56,452 nt of DNA. It comes from an uncultured Porphyromonadaceae bacterium (GTDB lineage: Bacteria; Bacteroidota; Bacteroidia; Bacteroidales; Muribaculaceae). The number at the start of each line of letters is the position of its first letter. The first letter of the stretch is position 1. The position numbers and the translations under genes were made by a program. The notes under the pieces were generated by a model. That model was given only the letters and a program-made list of their open reading frames with translations. It made no database searches and had not been told where the DNA came from. The DNA is taken from assembly GCA_947176995.1 (NCBI GenBank), contig CAMWSY010000001.1, positions 1-56,452 on the forward strand, written 5' to 3'. Positions 8,500 through 18,164 of the stretch are shown here, in pieces.

Positions 8500-11400
8500 A
8501 TGCGTTTATTAAAGAAAATTGCCATTATACTGACCGGTGCGCTCGTGTGCCCGGCGATCAAGGCTGAAGATAAGACTGTCTATGCGGTCTCCGATTCTCA
8601 TCTCGATACGCAATGGAACTGGGACGTGCGTACATCCATACGCGACTATCTCAGGTACACTTTAGGCCAGAATCTTCTGCTCCTCAGTCAGCACCCCGAC
8701 TATATTTTCAATTTTGAGGGAGGGGTGAAATATGCTTGGATGAAAGAGTATTACCCTGATCAGTATGAGCTGATGAAGCAGTATATCCGTCAGGGACGCT
8801 GGCATGTGGCCGGGTCAAGCTGGGATGCCAACGACGTCAATATCCCTTCCATCGAGTCACAGCTCCGCAACATCATGCTCGGTCAAAATTTCTTCCGTGA
8901 CGAGCTTGGCGTGGAGAGCACCGACATATTTCTTCCCGACTGTTTTGGATTTGGCTGGACTCTCCCCACTGTCGCACGCCACTGCGGTCTGATCGGTTTC
9001 TCCTCGCAGAAGATCGGATGGCGCACACATCCGTTTTTTGAGAATGACAGGAAATATCCGTTTGGTGTGGGGCTTTGGAAAGGTGTCGACGGCGATACCA
9101 TCATGATGGTGCACGGCTACAGCTACACCCACACATGGGACGGCGAGGATATCTCTCACAGCAAGGAGCTTGAAAAACTGGCCGATGAAAACGCCGGCAA
9201 CATAGTCTATCACTACTATGGCGTGGGCGACCGGGGTGGATCACCCACAATCGGCTCTATACGGTCGGTCGAGCGCGGCATCCGCGGCGATGGGCCTCTC
9301 AAGATCATAAGCGCCACGAGCGACCGGCTGTACCTCGACATGCTGCCATACTCGTCTCATCCCGAGTTGCCCGTCTACGACGATGAGATGCTCATGGACG
9401 TCCACGGCAACGGCTGCTACACGGCAATGGCTGTCATGAAGTTCTACAATCGCCAGAACGAGCTTCTTGCCGACGCTGCCGAAAGGGCGGCTTCGGCGGC
9501 CGCTATTCTGGCTCGTAAGCCATATCCGACCGAGGCTTTGACCGACTCTTGGAAACGCTTTATCTGGCATCAGTTCCACGACGACATTACCGGCACAAGC
9601 GAGCCACCTTGCTATGAAATTTCGTTCAACGACGAGTTGCTGTCGCTCAAGCAATTCTCCGACCTCCTGACCGATGCTGCCACCGGCGTTGCCCAGAAGC
9701 TGAATACCAATGTCTCAGGCACGCCGCTCCTGTTGTTCAATCCGCTCGGCTATGAGACGACCGACCTTGTTGAGGTGCAGCTCGATGCGAAACAGCGTCC
9801 GGCCTCAGCAGTCGTCAAAGACCACAACGGCCGTTCTGTCAGGTCGCAGATCACAGGCTACGACAATGGCAAAGCCACTCTGCTCATCGAGGCTACCGTG
9901 CCGGCGATAGGCTTCGCAGTCTACGATGTCGCCCTGAAGGGAAGCGGCACTGATAAGGCTGTCTCGGTCAGCACCGTCCAGAATAGCGTCTACGCGCTCA
10001 CGTTTGACCGTAATGGCGATATCCCGTCGATTGTCGACAAGCGCACCGGCAAGCAGCTTGTGGCCGATGGTAAGGCTGTGCGGCTCGCCATGTTCCCCGA
10101 CAATGTTTCCACCATGTGGCCTGCTTGGGAGATACAGAAAGAAACTATCGACCGTGAACCGGTTTCGATCGGCGATGACGTGGATATCTCGCTCGTGGCC
10201 GATGGCGACCTGCTCAAGCGCGTCAGGATTACGAAGAAACATGGCGATTCAGAGTTCACACAGTACGTCAACCTCTATGAAGGGGCACTTGCTCCACGCA
10301 TCGACATTGTCAACGAGGTCGAGTGGCAGAGTCCCGCTTCGTTGCTCAAGGCAGAGTTCCCGCTCACGGTGTCCAATGAAAAAGCTACCTACGACCTCGG
10401 TGTGGGCGCAATAGAGCGTGGCAACAATGTGACGACAGCCTATGAGGTTCCCGCCCGTGAGTGGGTTGATCTGAGCGATGATGCCTATGGAGTTACGCTG
10501 CTGAGCAATTTCAAGTACGGGTGGGACAAGCCCTCCGACAACACATTGCGGCTGACACTTTTCCACTCGCCCGGAGTGACAAACCGCTACACCCATCAGG
10601 AGCGTCAGGACTTCGGACACCACGAGTTCACCTACTCCATCATCGGACACGATGGTAAGCTTGACCGTGCGTCGGCATCCAAGGCCGGCGAGCAGATGTC
10701 GCAGCGTTTCAAGGCGTTTGTTGTGCCTAAATCCAAGGGGGAGGGGCGCAGTCTGTCGCTCGCGACTACCGATGCCCCCAACGTCGTCATCAAAGCCATG
10801 AAGCGTGCCGACGACGGCGACGGCTACATTGTGCGCGTCTATGAGACGGCCGGAAAGCCCGCCCAAGCCAACATCGTGTTTGCCGACAAGCTCAATTCCG
10901 CCAAAAAAGCCGACGGAACGGAAAAGGTCATTGCCGAGGCTGCAACCGACGGCAATAAGCTGCCTGTTAGTCTTAAAGCCAACGGCATAGCCACCTACCG
11001 CGTCTATTTCGACAACATGGAAACCGAGTCACCGGCTATGGCTACAGTGCTACTTCCCTACAACTATTGCGGTATTACCTACAATAGTTTCCGCCATGAC
11101 GGACGTCTGAACGGAGGTCTTAGCTATCCGGCGGAGATGATGCCTAATGAAATTGTCAAAAACGGTGTGAAGTTTTCAATAGAGAAGCGGCCGGCTGAAA
11201 ACGTTGTCCTCTGCAGCGGCGACACTATCGCGCTCCCCGAAGGAAAGTGGGATAAACTCCATCTGCTCATGGCGGCCGACACCGAGGGACGTGACCTAAA
11301 GGCCGACCTGACCGTAGGCGAGAAGACCACAACAGTCAGCGTGCCCTCCTACACCGGCTATATAGGGCAGTGGGGACACCACCCGCACAACGCTCCCGGC

Positions 11401-12117
11401 GGTTACGACTGGGGACACTGGGGCTTCAGCAAGGGATATCTCAAGGAGCCGCGCGTGGTCTATGCCGGAACACACCGTCACAGCCTGACCCGCGATGAAA
11501 TCTATGAGAACGCCTATCTATGGGATGTGCAGCTCGATATCCCTGCCGGTGCTGACACTCTCATACTTCCCGACAACATCAATCTCATACTTGTTGCTGC
11601 CACTGTGACAGCCGGCGACCCGCAGCCTGCCGTGGCTGCCGCGCCGCTTTTCAAGACGGGCAACCGCGCGTCCGACAGCTATGATCCCACCACAACGCCT
11701 GAACCAGCCAATCTGCTCACACCCGAGATGATCGTTTCCTACACCGGTGGAGCGAAGGAGGCCAACCATCCGAGCAAACTTCTGGATAACAATATCGATA
11801 CGAAATGGTCGGATAAAACTCTTCCTGCAAATGTGGTTTTTGATCTCGGTGCTCCCACCACAGTGACCGGTTGGACAATCCTTTGCAATGAGCGCAAGAG
11901 GGCTGAGCGTCTTCTCTCAGATTGCTTCCTTCTCGGACGCAACAGCCCAGACGAGGAGTGGCACACTCTCGACCAATTTACAGGAAACAGCAGAAGTGAG
12001 ATCAACCGCCGTCTGACCAGTCCTGAGCAGGTGCGCTACATCAAACTGATGGTCACCCATCCGTCGCAAGAGCCCAACAGCAGGAACACCGGTATCGCTG
12101 AGTTCCGTCTCTATTGA
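8500..12117 (+). CDS. Glycoside hydrolase family 38 alpha-mannosidase with C-terminal F5/8 type C (discoidin/CBM32-like) domain
   Basis: Signal peptide. GH38 N-terminal metal-site motif SDSHLDTQWNWD and WHQFHDDITGTS. C-terminal LLDNNIDTKWSD...VVFDLGAPTTVTGW is discoidin-like. Confidence 0.85.
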   Translation: MRLLKKIAIILTGALVCPAIKAEDKTVYAVSDSHLDTQWNWDVRTSIRDYLRYTLGQNLLLLSQHPDYIFNFEGGVKYAWMKEYYPDQYELMKQYIRQGRWHVAGSSWDANDVNIPSIESQLRNIMLGQNFFRDELGVESTDIFLPDCFGFGWTLPTVARHCGLIGFSSQKIGWRTHPFFENDRKYPFGVGLWKGVDGDTIMMVHGYSYTHTWDGEDISHSKELEKLADENAGNIVYHYYGVGDRGGSPTIGSIRSVERGIRGDGPLKIISATSDRLYLDMLPYSSHPELPVYDDEMLMDVHGNGCYTAMAVMKFYNRQNELLADAAERAASAAAILARKPYPTEALTDSWKRFIWHQFHDDITGTSEPPCYEISFNDELLSLKQFSDLLTDAATGVAQKLNTNVSGTPLLLFNPLGYETTDLVEVQLDAKQRPASAVVKDHNGRSVRSQITGYDNGKATLLIEATVPAIGFAVYDVALKGSGTDKAVSVSTVQNSVYALTFDRNGDIPSIVDKRTGKQLVADGKAVRLAMFPDNVSTMWPAWEIQKETIDREPVSIGDDVDISLVADGDLLKRVRITKKHGDSEFTQYVNLYEGALAPRIDIVNEVEWQSPASLLKAEFPLTVSNEKATYDLGVGAIERGNNVTTAYEVPAREWVDLSDDAYGVTLLSNFKYGWDKPSDNTLRLTLFHSPGVTNRYTHQERQDFGHHEFTYSIIGHDGKLDRASASKAGEQMSQRFKAFVVPKSKGEGRSLSLATTDAPNVVIKAMKRADDGDGYIVRVYETAGKPAQANIVFADKLNSAKKADGTEKVIAEAATDGNKLPVSLKANGIATYRVYFDNMETESPAMATVLLPYNYCGITYNSFRHDGRLNGGLSYPAEMMPNEIVKNGVKFSIEKRPAENVVLCSGDTIALPEGKWDKLHLLMAADTEGRDLKADLTVGEKTTTVSVPSYTGYIGQWGHHPHNAPGGYDWGHWGFSKGYLKEPRVVYAGTHRHSLTRDEIYENAYLWDVQLDIPAGADTLILPDNINLILVAATVTAGDPQPAVAAAPLFKTGNRASDSYDPTTTPEPANLLTPEMIVSYTGGAKEANHPSKLLDNNIDTKWSDKTLPANVVFDLGAPTTVTGWTILCNERKRAERLLSDCFLLGRNSPDEEWHTLDQFTGNSRSEINRRLTSPEQVRYIKLMVTHPSQEPNSRNTGIAEFRLY

Positions 12118-12147
12118 CCCCTGCGCTGCGTGTGCCGTTTTTGGAGC

Positions 12148-12639
12148 TTACGCTTCGATTCTGCGCAATGTGCGGTAGCGGTAGGTAATTTCCGTAGTCT
12201 CGTCGGTCAGTGGCTCGCATTCGGCTTCTATTTGCCATTCTCCCGCATCAATGGGCGGGAAAAAAGTGTCGGCATCCGGCCGCCGAACATCTATTTCGGT
12301 CAGCTCGATGCGGTCGGCGACAGGAAGGGCGGCGGCGTATATCTGTGCGCCGCCGATCACAAACACCTCATCATCACCTGCAAGCTGCAAGGCGTCCTCG
12401 ATTGAGGCTGCTACCTCGGCACCGGGCAGTGTCAGGCTCTGCTGACGGCTGACAACGATATTCCGGCGGTTGGGAAGCGCCCCTTTGGGGAGCGCGTCAA
12501 AAGTCTTGCGCCCCATGATTATGGTGTGTCCCGTGGTGAGTTGGCGGAAGCGTCGGAGATCACTTTTGATATAATAAAGCTGGTCACCCGCTTTACCTAT
12601 GGCGAGGTCGGCGGTGACGGCGACGATGATTGTGGTCAT
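12148..12639 (-). CDS. folA: Dihydrofolate reductase
   Basis: 163 aa. IIVAVTADLAIGKAGDQLYY...RRFRQLTTGHTIIMGRKTFDALP...VFVIGGAQIY is the canonical DHFR pattern. Confidence 0.93.
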   Translation of the reverse strand: MTTIIVAVTADLAIGKAGDQLYYIKSDLRRFRQLTTGHTIIMGRKTFDALPKGALPNRRNIVVSRQQSLTLPGAEVAASIEDALQLAGDDEVFVIGGAQIYAAALPVADRIELTEIDVRRPDADTFFPPIDAGEWQIEAECEPLTDETTEITYRYRTLRRIEA

Positions 12640-13628
12640 AGCGATAAAAGTGGAAGCGCGGCTATAGCGGCGTAAATCAGGATGATGACGATATAGGGTA
12701 TGTAGCTCAGGCGGTAACGCCGTGTTGCGAAGAAATGCCCGGTCTGATAGGCTGCCAAGGCGTCGAGCAGCGGGATATAGACGGTGAAATTATCGTGGTC
12801 GGCAGCTATGAGGATGAGTGTGACGATAAAGAGCAGGGTGATGAAGCCGTTGAAAGCGCGTCGGGCGGAGTTATAGCTCACCACCTTCATGAAATTGGCG
12901 AAGGTCAGTATCAGGCCGAGTGCGCCGGTGAAGGCCGTCGAAGCCAGCGTGAGGATGTAGATGGAATGATCGGTCATCGTGGGCATCAGATGCACCGGAG
13001 CGGTGGGAAACCGGAATGACTCTAATGACAGAATCCCCAAGCCGAGCAGAATCCAAAGCGGGGTCACACATCCCATCAACACAGCGAGTATGTTGCGCAT
13101 ATCGGCAGTTTTCATCTGCACCATGCCGAGGATGAACACCGGCAGATAAAACAGTGTATTGTAGAGAAACAGCGATGCGAGCGCGAGGATGAAGAAAATA
13201 AGATAAGTCGAGCGTGTGAGGTCGGGATTGGTGTAGGTGGAAAAAAGCAGTGCGGTGAGCGGCAGCACAATTAATGCCAGAAATGAACCACTGTAGAATT
13301 GAGCCAGCACCCCCGGCTGCGCGAGCTGCATGAAAAAGAACAGTCCCACAAAAAGCCATGTGATCGACTGCATGAGTCTGAACGTGCGGTTGATGACCAG
13401 CAGCATGAACGCGATGACTATATTTGCGGCCACGTTGACCGCAAACGAGGTCGCACCCGGTGTCAGCCAGTCGTCGGGCGAGGCAAAGGAGGTGATGGGG
13501 GAGTCGTGACCGGCCGTGAGAAAATCGTTGCTCCCGACGGTCGACATGAGTGCGGCTGCGCATACGGCGACAATCATGAGCATGATTGCCGCCGCACGCG
13601 AGTGGATATATTTCGTAGGAGTCTTCAC
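12636..13628 (-). CDS. Polytopic inner-membrane protein of unknown function
   Basis: 330 aa with about 9 hydrophobic helices. 4-bp start/stop overlaps with purD upstream and folA downstream. Confidence 0.7.
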   Translation of the reverse strand: MKTPTKYIHSRAAAIMLMIVAVCAAALMSTVGSNDFLTAGHDSPITSFASPDDWLTPGATSFAVNVAANIVIAFMLLVINRTFRLMQSITWLFVGLFFFMQLAQPGVLAQFYSGSFLALIVLPLTALLFSTYTNPDLTRSTYLIFFILALASLFLYNTLFYLPVFILGMVQMKTADMRNILAVLMGCVTPLWILLGLGILSLESFRFPTAPVHLMPTMTDHSIYILTLASTAFTGALGLILTFANFMKVVSYNSARRAFNGFITLLFIVTLILIAADHDNFTVYIPLLDALAAYQTGHFFATRRYRLSYIPYIVIILIYAAIAALPLLSL

Positions 13629-14902
13629 TTGCAGCCGCAGGTGACATCGCGCCCTATGTCACGGCGGAACGCCATGCCGTCGAATGCGATGTGTGAGAGA
13701 GAGGCGTAGCTGCGCTCAAGCGCTTCGGTGAGCGTGGGGGCAAGCGAAGTCACGGCAAGCACGCGGCCTCCCGACGTGATGGTCGAGTCGCCTTCGGTTT
13801 TTGTGCCTGCGTGGAAGATTATCGAGTTTTCGGCAGCCTTTTCAATGCCTGTTATGGTCTTTCCTTTGGCGTATGCTTCGGGATAGCCCCCCGATACTGC
13901 TATAACGGTTGCGGCAGCGAGAGGGGAGTGGGGCAGGGCGAGATCACCCAGATCGCCGCGGGCGGCTGCCTCGAGAAGCGGCACAAGGTCGCAGTCGATA
14001 CGCGGCATCACCACCTCGGTCTCGGGGTCGCCCATGCGCACGTTGTACTCTATCACCATCGGATCGCCCCCTACGTTGATAAGGCCGAGGAAAATAAATC
14101 CGCGGTAAAGGCGTCCTTCATCCATCAGTCCCTTGATTGTGGGCAGCACGATGCGCTCCTCCACCTTTTTCATGAAAGTCCCGTCGGCAAAAGGAACAGG
14201 GCTTACGGCACCCATACCACCGGTGTTGAGGCCGGTGTCGCCTTCGCCCACGCGCTTGTAGTCTTTAGCCACGGGGAGGATGCGGTAGCCGCCGTTACCG
14301 TCGGTGAGCACAAACACCGAGCACTCTATGCCGCTCAGAAACTCCTCGATGACTACTGTCGACGATGATTTCCCAAACATGCCACCGAGCATATCGGCGA
14401 GTGCCTTCTTGGCTTCGTCGAGCGAGTCGATGATCAGCACTCCTTTTCCTGCGGCAAGGCCGTCGGCTTTAAGCACGTAGGGGGGAGTGAGTGTCTCGAG
14501 GAACTTGTATCCTTCCTCTATCGTTTCGGCAGTGAAACTGCGGTAGCGGGCGGTGGGTATGCCGTGGCGCGCCATGAAAGCCTTTGCCACGTCCTTGCTT
14601 CCCTCAAGCTCCGCACCGGCTTTTGCCGGCCCTACGACAAGCACGTTCTTTCCTGAGAAATAGTCGGTGATACCGGCTACGAGCGGATCCTCGTTGCCCA
14701 CGACAATCATGTCGATACCGAGGTCATCCACAGCCTTTTCCACAGCCTCGAAGTCGAGCGGGCTCAGCTTTATGTTCTCGCCGTAGGCTCCGGTGCCTCC
14801 GTTGCCGGGAGCGATATACAGTTTCTCAACTTTAGGACTCTGTGAGATTTTCCATGCGAGAGCCGATTCGCGGCCGCCGCTTCCGAGCAGAAGTATGCGC
14901 AT
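13625..14902 (-). CDS. purD: Phosphoribosylamine--glycine ligase
   Basis: MRILLLGSGGRESALAWKI N-terminus, ATP-grasp core, 425 aa. Confidence 0.95.
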   Translation of the reverse strand: MRILLLGSGGRESALAWKISQSPKVEKLYIAPGNGGTGAYGENIKLSPLDFEAVEKAVDDLGIDMIVVGNEDPLVAGITDYFSGKNVLVVGPAKAGAELEGSKDVAKAFMARHGIPTARYRSFTAETIEEGYKFLETLTPPYVLKADGLAAGKGVLIIDSLDEAKKALADMLGGMFGKSSSTVVIEEFLSGIECSVFVLTDGNGGYRILPVAKDYKRVGEGDTGLNTGGMGAVSPVPFADGTFMKKVEERIVLPTIKGLMDEGRLYRGFIFLGLINVGGDPMVIEYNVRMGDPETEVVMPRIDCDLVPLLEAAARGDLGDLALPHSPLAAATVIAVSGGYPEAYAKGKTITGIEKAAENSIIFHAGTKTEGDSTITSGGRVLAVTSLAPTLTEALERSYASLSHIAFDGMAFRRDIGRDVTCGCK

Positions 14903-14919
14903 AGGTGGAGTATTGTGGA

Positions 14920-16539
14920 TTAGTCGTTGTTGTCGGTATCTTTATCGTTTCTCTTGCTGAAGTCGGGGCGCGTTTTCCATCCCGCGCGACGCTCACGCAT
15001 TATCGGGCCTTCCGATGGTGGCAGCGAGGGTGTTTTTCCCTCGATCTGCAATCCTGTTTTCTCTTTTTTGCGGAAAGGATACGGGCTGTCGGCAAAGCGG
15101 CGTCCTCCCTTGGGCTTCTCACCCTGTTCGCGCTTGCGGTCGAAGTCGCGGCGCGGCTTGCGCTCGTCGGCCCTGTCGAAAGCCTTGCGGAACCGGTCGC
15201 CCGGTGTCTGGCGGCCGTCGCGTCCGCCAAATCCCTTTTTCGCTGCTCCGTTGCCCCACTCGTCGTCGCTCAGGCGGCGGCGTGCGGGCTTGCGGTCCTT
15301 ACCTTGGCTGAAACGGTCGCGGTGCTTGAATTCACCACCTGCGCGGCGGAAATCGTTGCGTTTTCCCTCAAAGATCACATATTCCATGAGCGTGCACTGG
15401 AGTGCGCCGTTGAGCAGTGGTATTTTCTCCGACGGGGCGAGGCCGATCTTTGCGAAATACTCGTCGCGGTAGCCTATCACCCATGCGTGGTAACCTTGGA
15501 ACACATGCTTGAGCTTCGAGCCGAGCATTGCGTACAACCCTTCCATGTCGTCAACGTTGATGCGCTCGCCATAGGGGGGATTGGTGATCATCACGCCTCC
15601 CTCGGGTGCGTCGTTCCATTGGGCAAGGCTTTTTGTCTCGAGGTCGATGTATTTCTGTACCCCTGCGCTGCGTATGTTGCGCTCGGCCACCGCTATAGCT
15701 GCCGGCGATATGTCGGCGCCCATGATGCGGCAGTTCACCTCGCGCTCCTGCGAGTCATCGTTGTAGATGCTGTCAAACAGGTCGGCGTCAAAGTCTTTCC
15801 AGCTCTCGAAGGCAAATTTCGAGCGGAACACGCCGGGATTGATGTTGGCTGCTATCAGAGCCGCTTCTATCAGAAATGTGCCTGAACCGCACATCGGGTC
15901 AACGAGCGGCGATTCGCCGCGCCAGCCCGAGCGGAGGATTATGCCGGCTGCAAGCACCTCGTTGATCGGCGCTTCGGTCTGTGCCACGCGGTAGCCGCGC
16001 TTGTGGAGCGATTCGCCCGAGCTGTCGAGCGACAGCGTGACGCGGTCGCCGTCGATATGCAGGTTTATGAGGATGTCGGCGTCCTGTGTCGACACGCGCG
16101 GACGCTTGTCGCCGTAGTGGTCACGGAACCAGTCGACAATCGCATCTTTCACGCGGTAAGTGGCGTAGCGCGAGTGACTGAACTCCTCGCCGTTGGCAAC
16201 GGTGTCGACAGCAAAAGTCTTGTCAGGCCCGAAGAGCGATGCCCATTCAAATTCCTTTGCCATTTCATAAAGCTCGTCGGGCGACGATGCAAAGAATTTG
16301 TAGAACGGCTTTAGGATCCTCAGAGCCGTGCGGCAGCACATGTTGGCGCGGTAAAGCGTCTCGAGGTTTCCTTCAAATGACACCATGCGGCAGCCCGGCT
16401 GCACATTTTCGGCGCCGATCGCACGCAGTTCTTCCGCCAAAATTTCTTCCAGACCCTGAAAGGTTTTGGCCACCATTTCAAATCGCTCCATTGTATCTGT
16501 TTTCTCCTCCTGAGGTGGGTTGGGGTATTCTGATTGCAA
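14920..16539 (-). CDS. THUMP-domain class I SAM-dependent RNA methyltransferase with long charged C-terminal tail
   Basis: N-terminal THUMP-like region, methyltransferase motif VMITNPPYGERI, then ~150 aa of Arg/Lys/Asp/Gly-rich low complexity. Confidence 0.8.
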   Translation of the reverse strand: MQSEYPNPPQEEKTDTMERFEMVAKTFQGLEEILAEELRAIGAENVQPGCRMVSFEGNLETLYRANMCCRTALRILKPFYKFFASSPDELYEMAKEFEWASLFGPDKTFAVDTVANGEEFSHSRYATYRVKDAIVDWFRDHYGDKRPRVSTQDADILINLHIDGDRVTLSLDSSGESLHKRGYRVAQTEAPINEVLAAGIILRSGWRGESPLVDPMCGSGTFLIEAALIAANINPGVFRSKFAFESWKDFDADLFDSIYNDDSQEREVNCRIMGADISPAAIAVAERNIRSAGVQKYIDLETKSLAQWNDAPEGGVMITNPPYGERINVDDMEGLYAMLGSKLKHVFQGYHAWVIGYRDEYFAKIGLAPSEKIPLLNGALQCTLMEYVIFEGKRNDFRRAGGEFKHRDRFSQGKDRKPARRRLSDDEWGNGAAKKGFGGRDGRQTPGDRFRKAFDRADERKPRRDFDRKREQGEKPKGGRRFADSPYPFRKKEKTGLQIEGKTPSLPPSEGPIMRERRAGWKTRPDFSKRNDKDTDNND

Positions 16540-16545
16540 ATTTAA

Positions 16546-17394
16546 TCAGTTTCTTCGGTTGGTGAAGTCAAAAAAACGCCGTTTTTCATCATCCGACAGC
16601 GATGCGTAGCCCGAGCGCCTTATTTTTTCGATTACATCCTCCATATTGCGCCGTGGCGGGGGCTCCGTCTGCCGGCGTTGCCACGGGTCGTCGCCATGTG
16701 TCGGGCGCAGCAGATTGGCTATGCGGTCGAGCGCACGGTTAAGTGGTGCGGTTATGTCGGTGCCGCGCCGCATCTGTAGGCCGAACGCCACCCCCGCAGC
16801 GATTCCCCCGGCGTGGGTCATTGCTGCCGTGGCGCTCATCCCGCTTCCGGCAAGAAACACCGCCGCCAGTATCAGGGCTATCCATTTTATGCGCACCATG
16901 CCTATGAGAAACACCCTCACTTCGAAGTCGGGAAGGATGATAGCCGTGCCGGTGATGACGGCCAGAACAGCGGCCGACGACCCGATCAGGCCGCTGCCGG
17001 CCACCGAGGGGTCGGTGTAGGCGATCAGCGCGTAGAGAGCCGCACCCCCGAAGCCGCCTAACAGGTAAAGTCCCATTAGTTGCCGCGAAGTGCATGTCAT
17101 TCTGAAAATCGTGGCGAACCCATATAGCCACAGCATATTTAAGGCTGTGTGCCACACATCCTCCTGTGTGAACATGTAAGTCACCGTGGTCCACGGCCGA
17201 TGCATCCACATCTCGGCCGTCGGGGGCATTGCAAGCCACTCGAAGACCACGGTTGCGCTTCCTCCCGTGACTCCGGCGACGATTATGCCCGTTATGCGTC
17301 CTGCCACGAGCACAGCCACGTTGACGATGATGATGCGCACTGCCAGCGAGCGCGTCAGCCACCACGCTTTCAGTCTGTAGAGATTTCTGATCAT
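16546..17394 (-). CDS. Rhomboid-family intramembrane serine protease
   Basis: Multi-pass membrane protein with GxSx (LIGSSAAVLAV) and a downstream His helix (THAGGIAAGVAFG). Cytoplasmic C-terminal tail. Confidence 0.75.
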   Translation of the reverse strand: MIRNLYRLKAWWLTRSLAVRIIIVNVAVLVAGRITGIIVAGVTGGSATVVFEWLAMPPTAEMWMHRPWTTVTYMFTQEDVWHTALNMLWLYGFATIFRMTCTSRQLMGLYLLGGFGGAALYALIAYTDPSVAGSGLIGSSAAVLAVITGTAIILPDFEVRVFLIGMVRIKWIALILAAVFLAGSGMSATAAMTHAGGIAAGVAFGLQMRRGTDITAPLNRALDRIANLLRPTHGDDPWQRRQTEPPPRRNMEDVIEKIRRSGYASLSDDEKRRFFDFTNRRN

Positions 17395-18141
17395 TTACCA
17401 GCGGCGGAAAAGGCCGTTGCGTTTCCAGTAAAGTATCATCACAAGGCCGATGAGCATACCGCCCAGATGCGCGAAGTGAGCCACATTGTCACCCATGCTG
17501 TTCTGGAGTCCCAGCAGCAGTTCGATGCCCGCATATCCCGCAACCATCCATTTTGCCTTGATCGGGACGGGGATAAACATGATGTAGAGCGGCATATCCG
17601 GCCATATCATGCCGAAGGCGAGCAGGATGCCGTAGATCGCACCCGACGCTCCCACTGTGGCGTTGTTGAGCAGTATGTTGAAGTGCCCCAGAGCCGGCTC
17701 GACGTAATTCATGCCTTGGGCAATGATGCCGGCGCCGTTCTTCATCACCTCGTCGATCATCTGCGGTGTGAGGTGGGCTTCCGCGCTGTTTATCATTATG
17801 GCGTAGACACCTTCCTGAATGAGAGCCGCGCCTATGCCGCAGGAGATGTAGTAGAACAGGAATCTCGCCGAACCCAGTGTGCGCTCAAGCAGCCCGCCGA
17901 ACATAAACAGGGCGAACATGTTGAAGAACAAGTGCATGAACGTGGCGTGGATAAACATGTAGGTTATCAGCTGCCCCGGGTTGAAAAGCGGCGACGAGAA
18001 ATAGTGCAGACCTCCGAAGTCCGAGATGTCAATTCCTATTTTGCGTCCGAGCAGCCATGTTGCGAGCCACACGAGCACATTGATGATAAGCAGGTTCTTG
18101 GTGACCGGCGGGAGATTTGAGAAAATCGAGTTGCGGTACAT
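17395..18141 (-). CDS. Rhomboid-family intramembrane serine protease
   Basis: GASGAIYGILLAFG (GxSG) and HFAHLGGMLIG motifs. Its stop abuts the start of the next rhomboid gene. Confidence 0.85.
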   Translation of the reverse strand: MYRNSIFSNLPPVTKNLLIINVLVWLATWLLGRKIGIDISDFGGLHYFSSPLFNPGQLITYMFIHATFMHLFFNMFALFMFGGLLERTLGSARFLFYYISCGIGAALIQEGVYAIMINSAEAHLTPQMIDEVMKNGAGIIAQGMNYVEPALGHFNILLNNATVGASGAIYGILLAFGMIWPDMPLYIMFIPVPIKAKWMVAGYAGIELLLGLQNSMGDNVAHFAHLGGMLIGLVMILYWKRNGLFRRW

Positions 18142-18164
18142 GTGTAATCGTGCTAACTTAAAAT

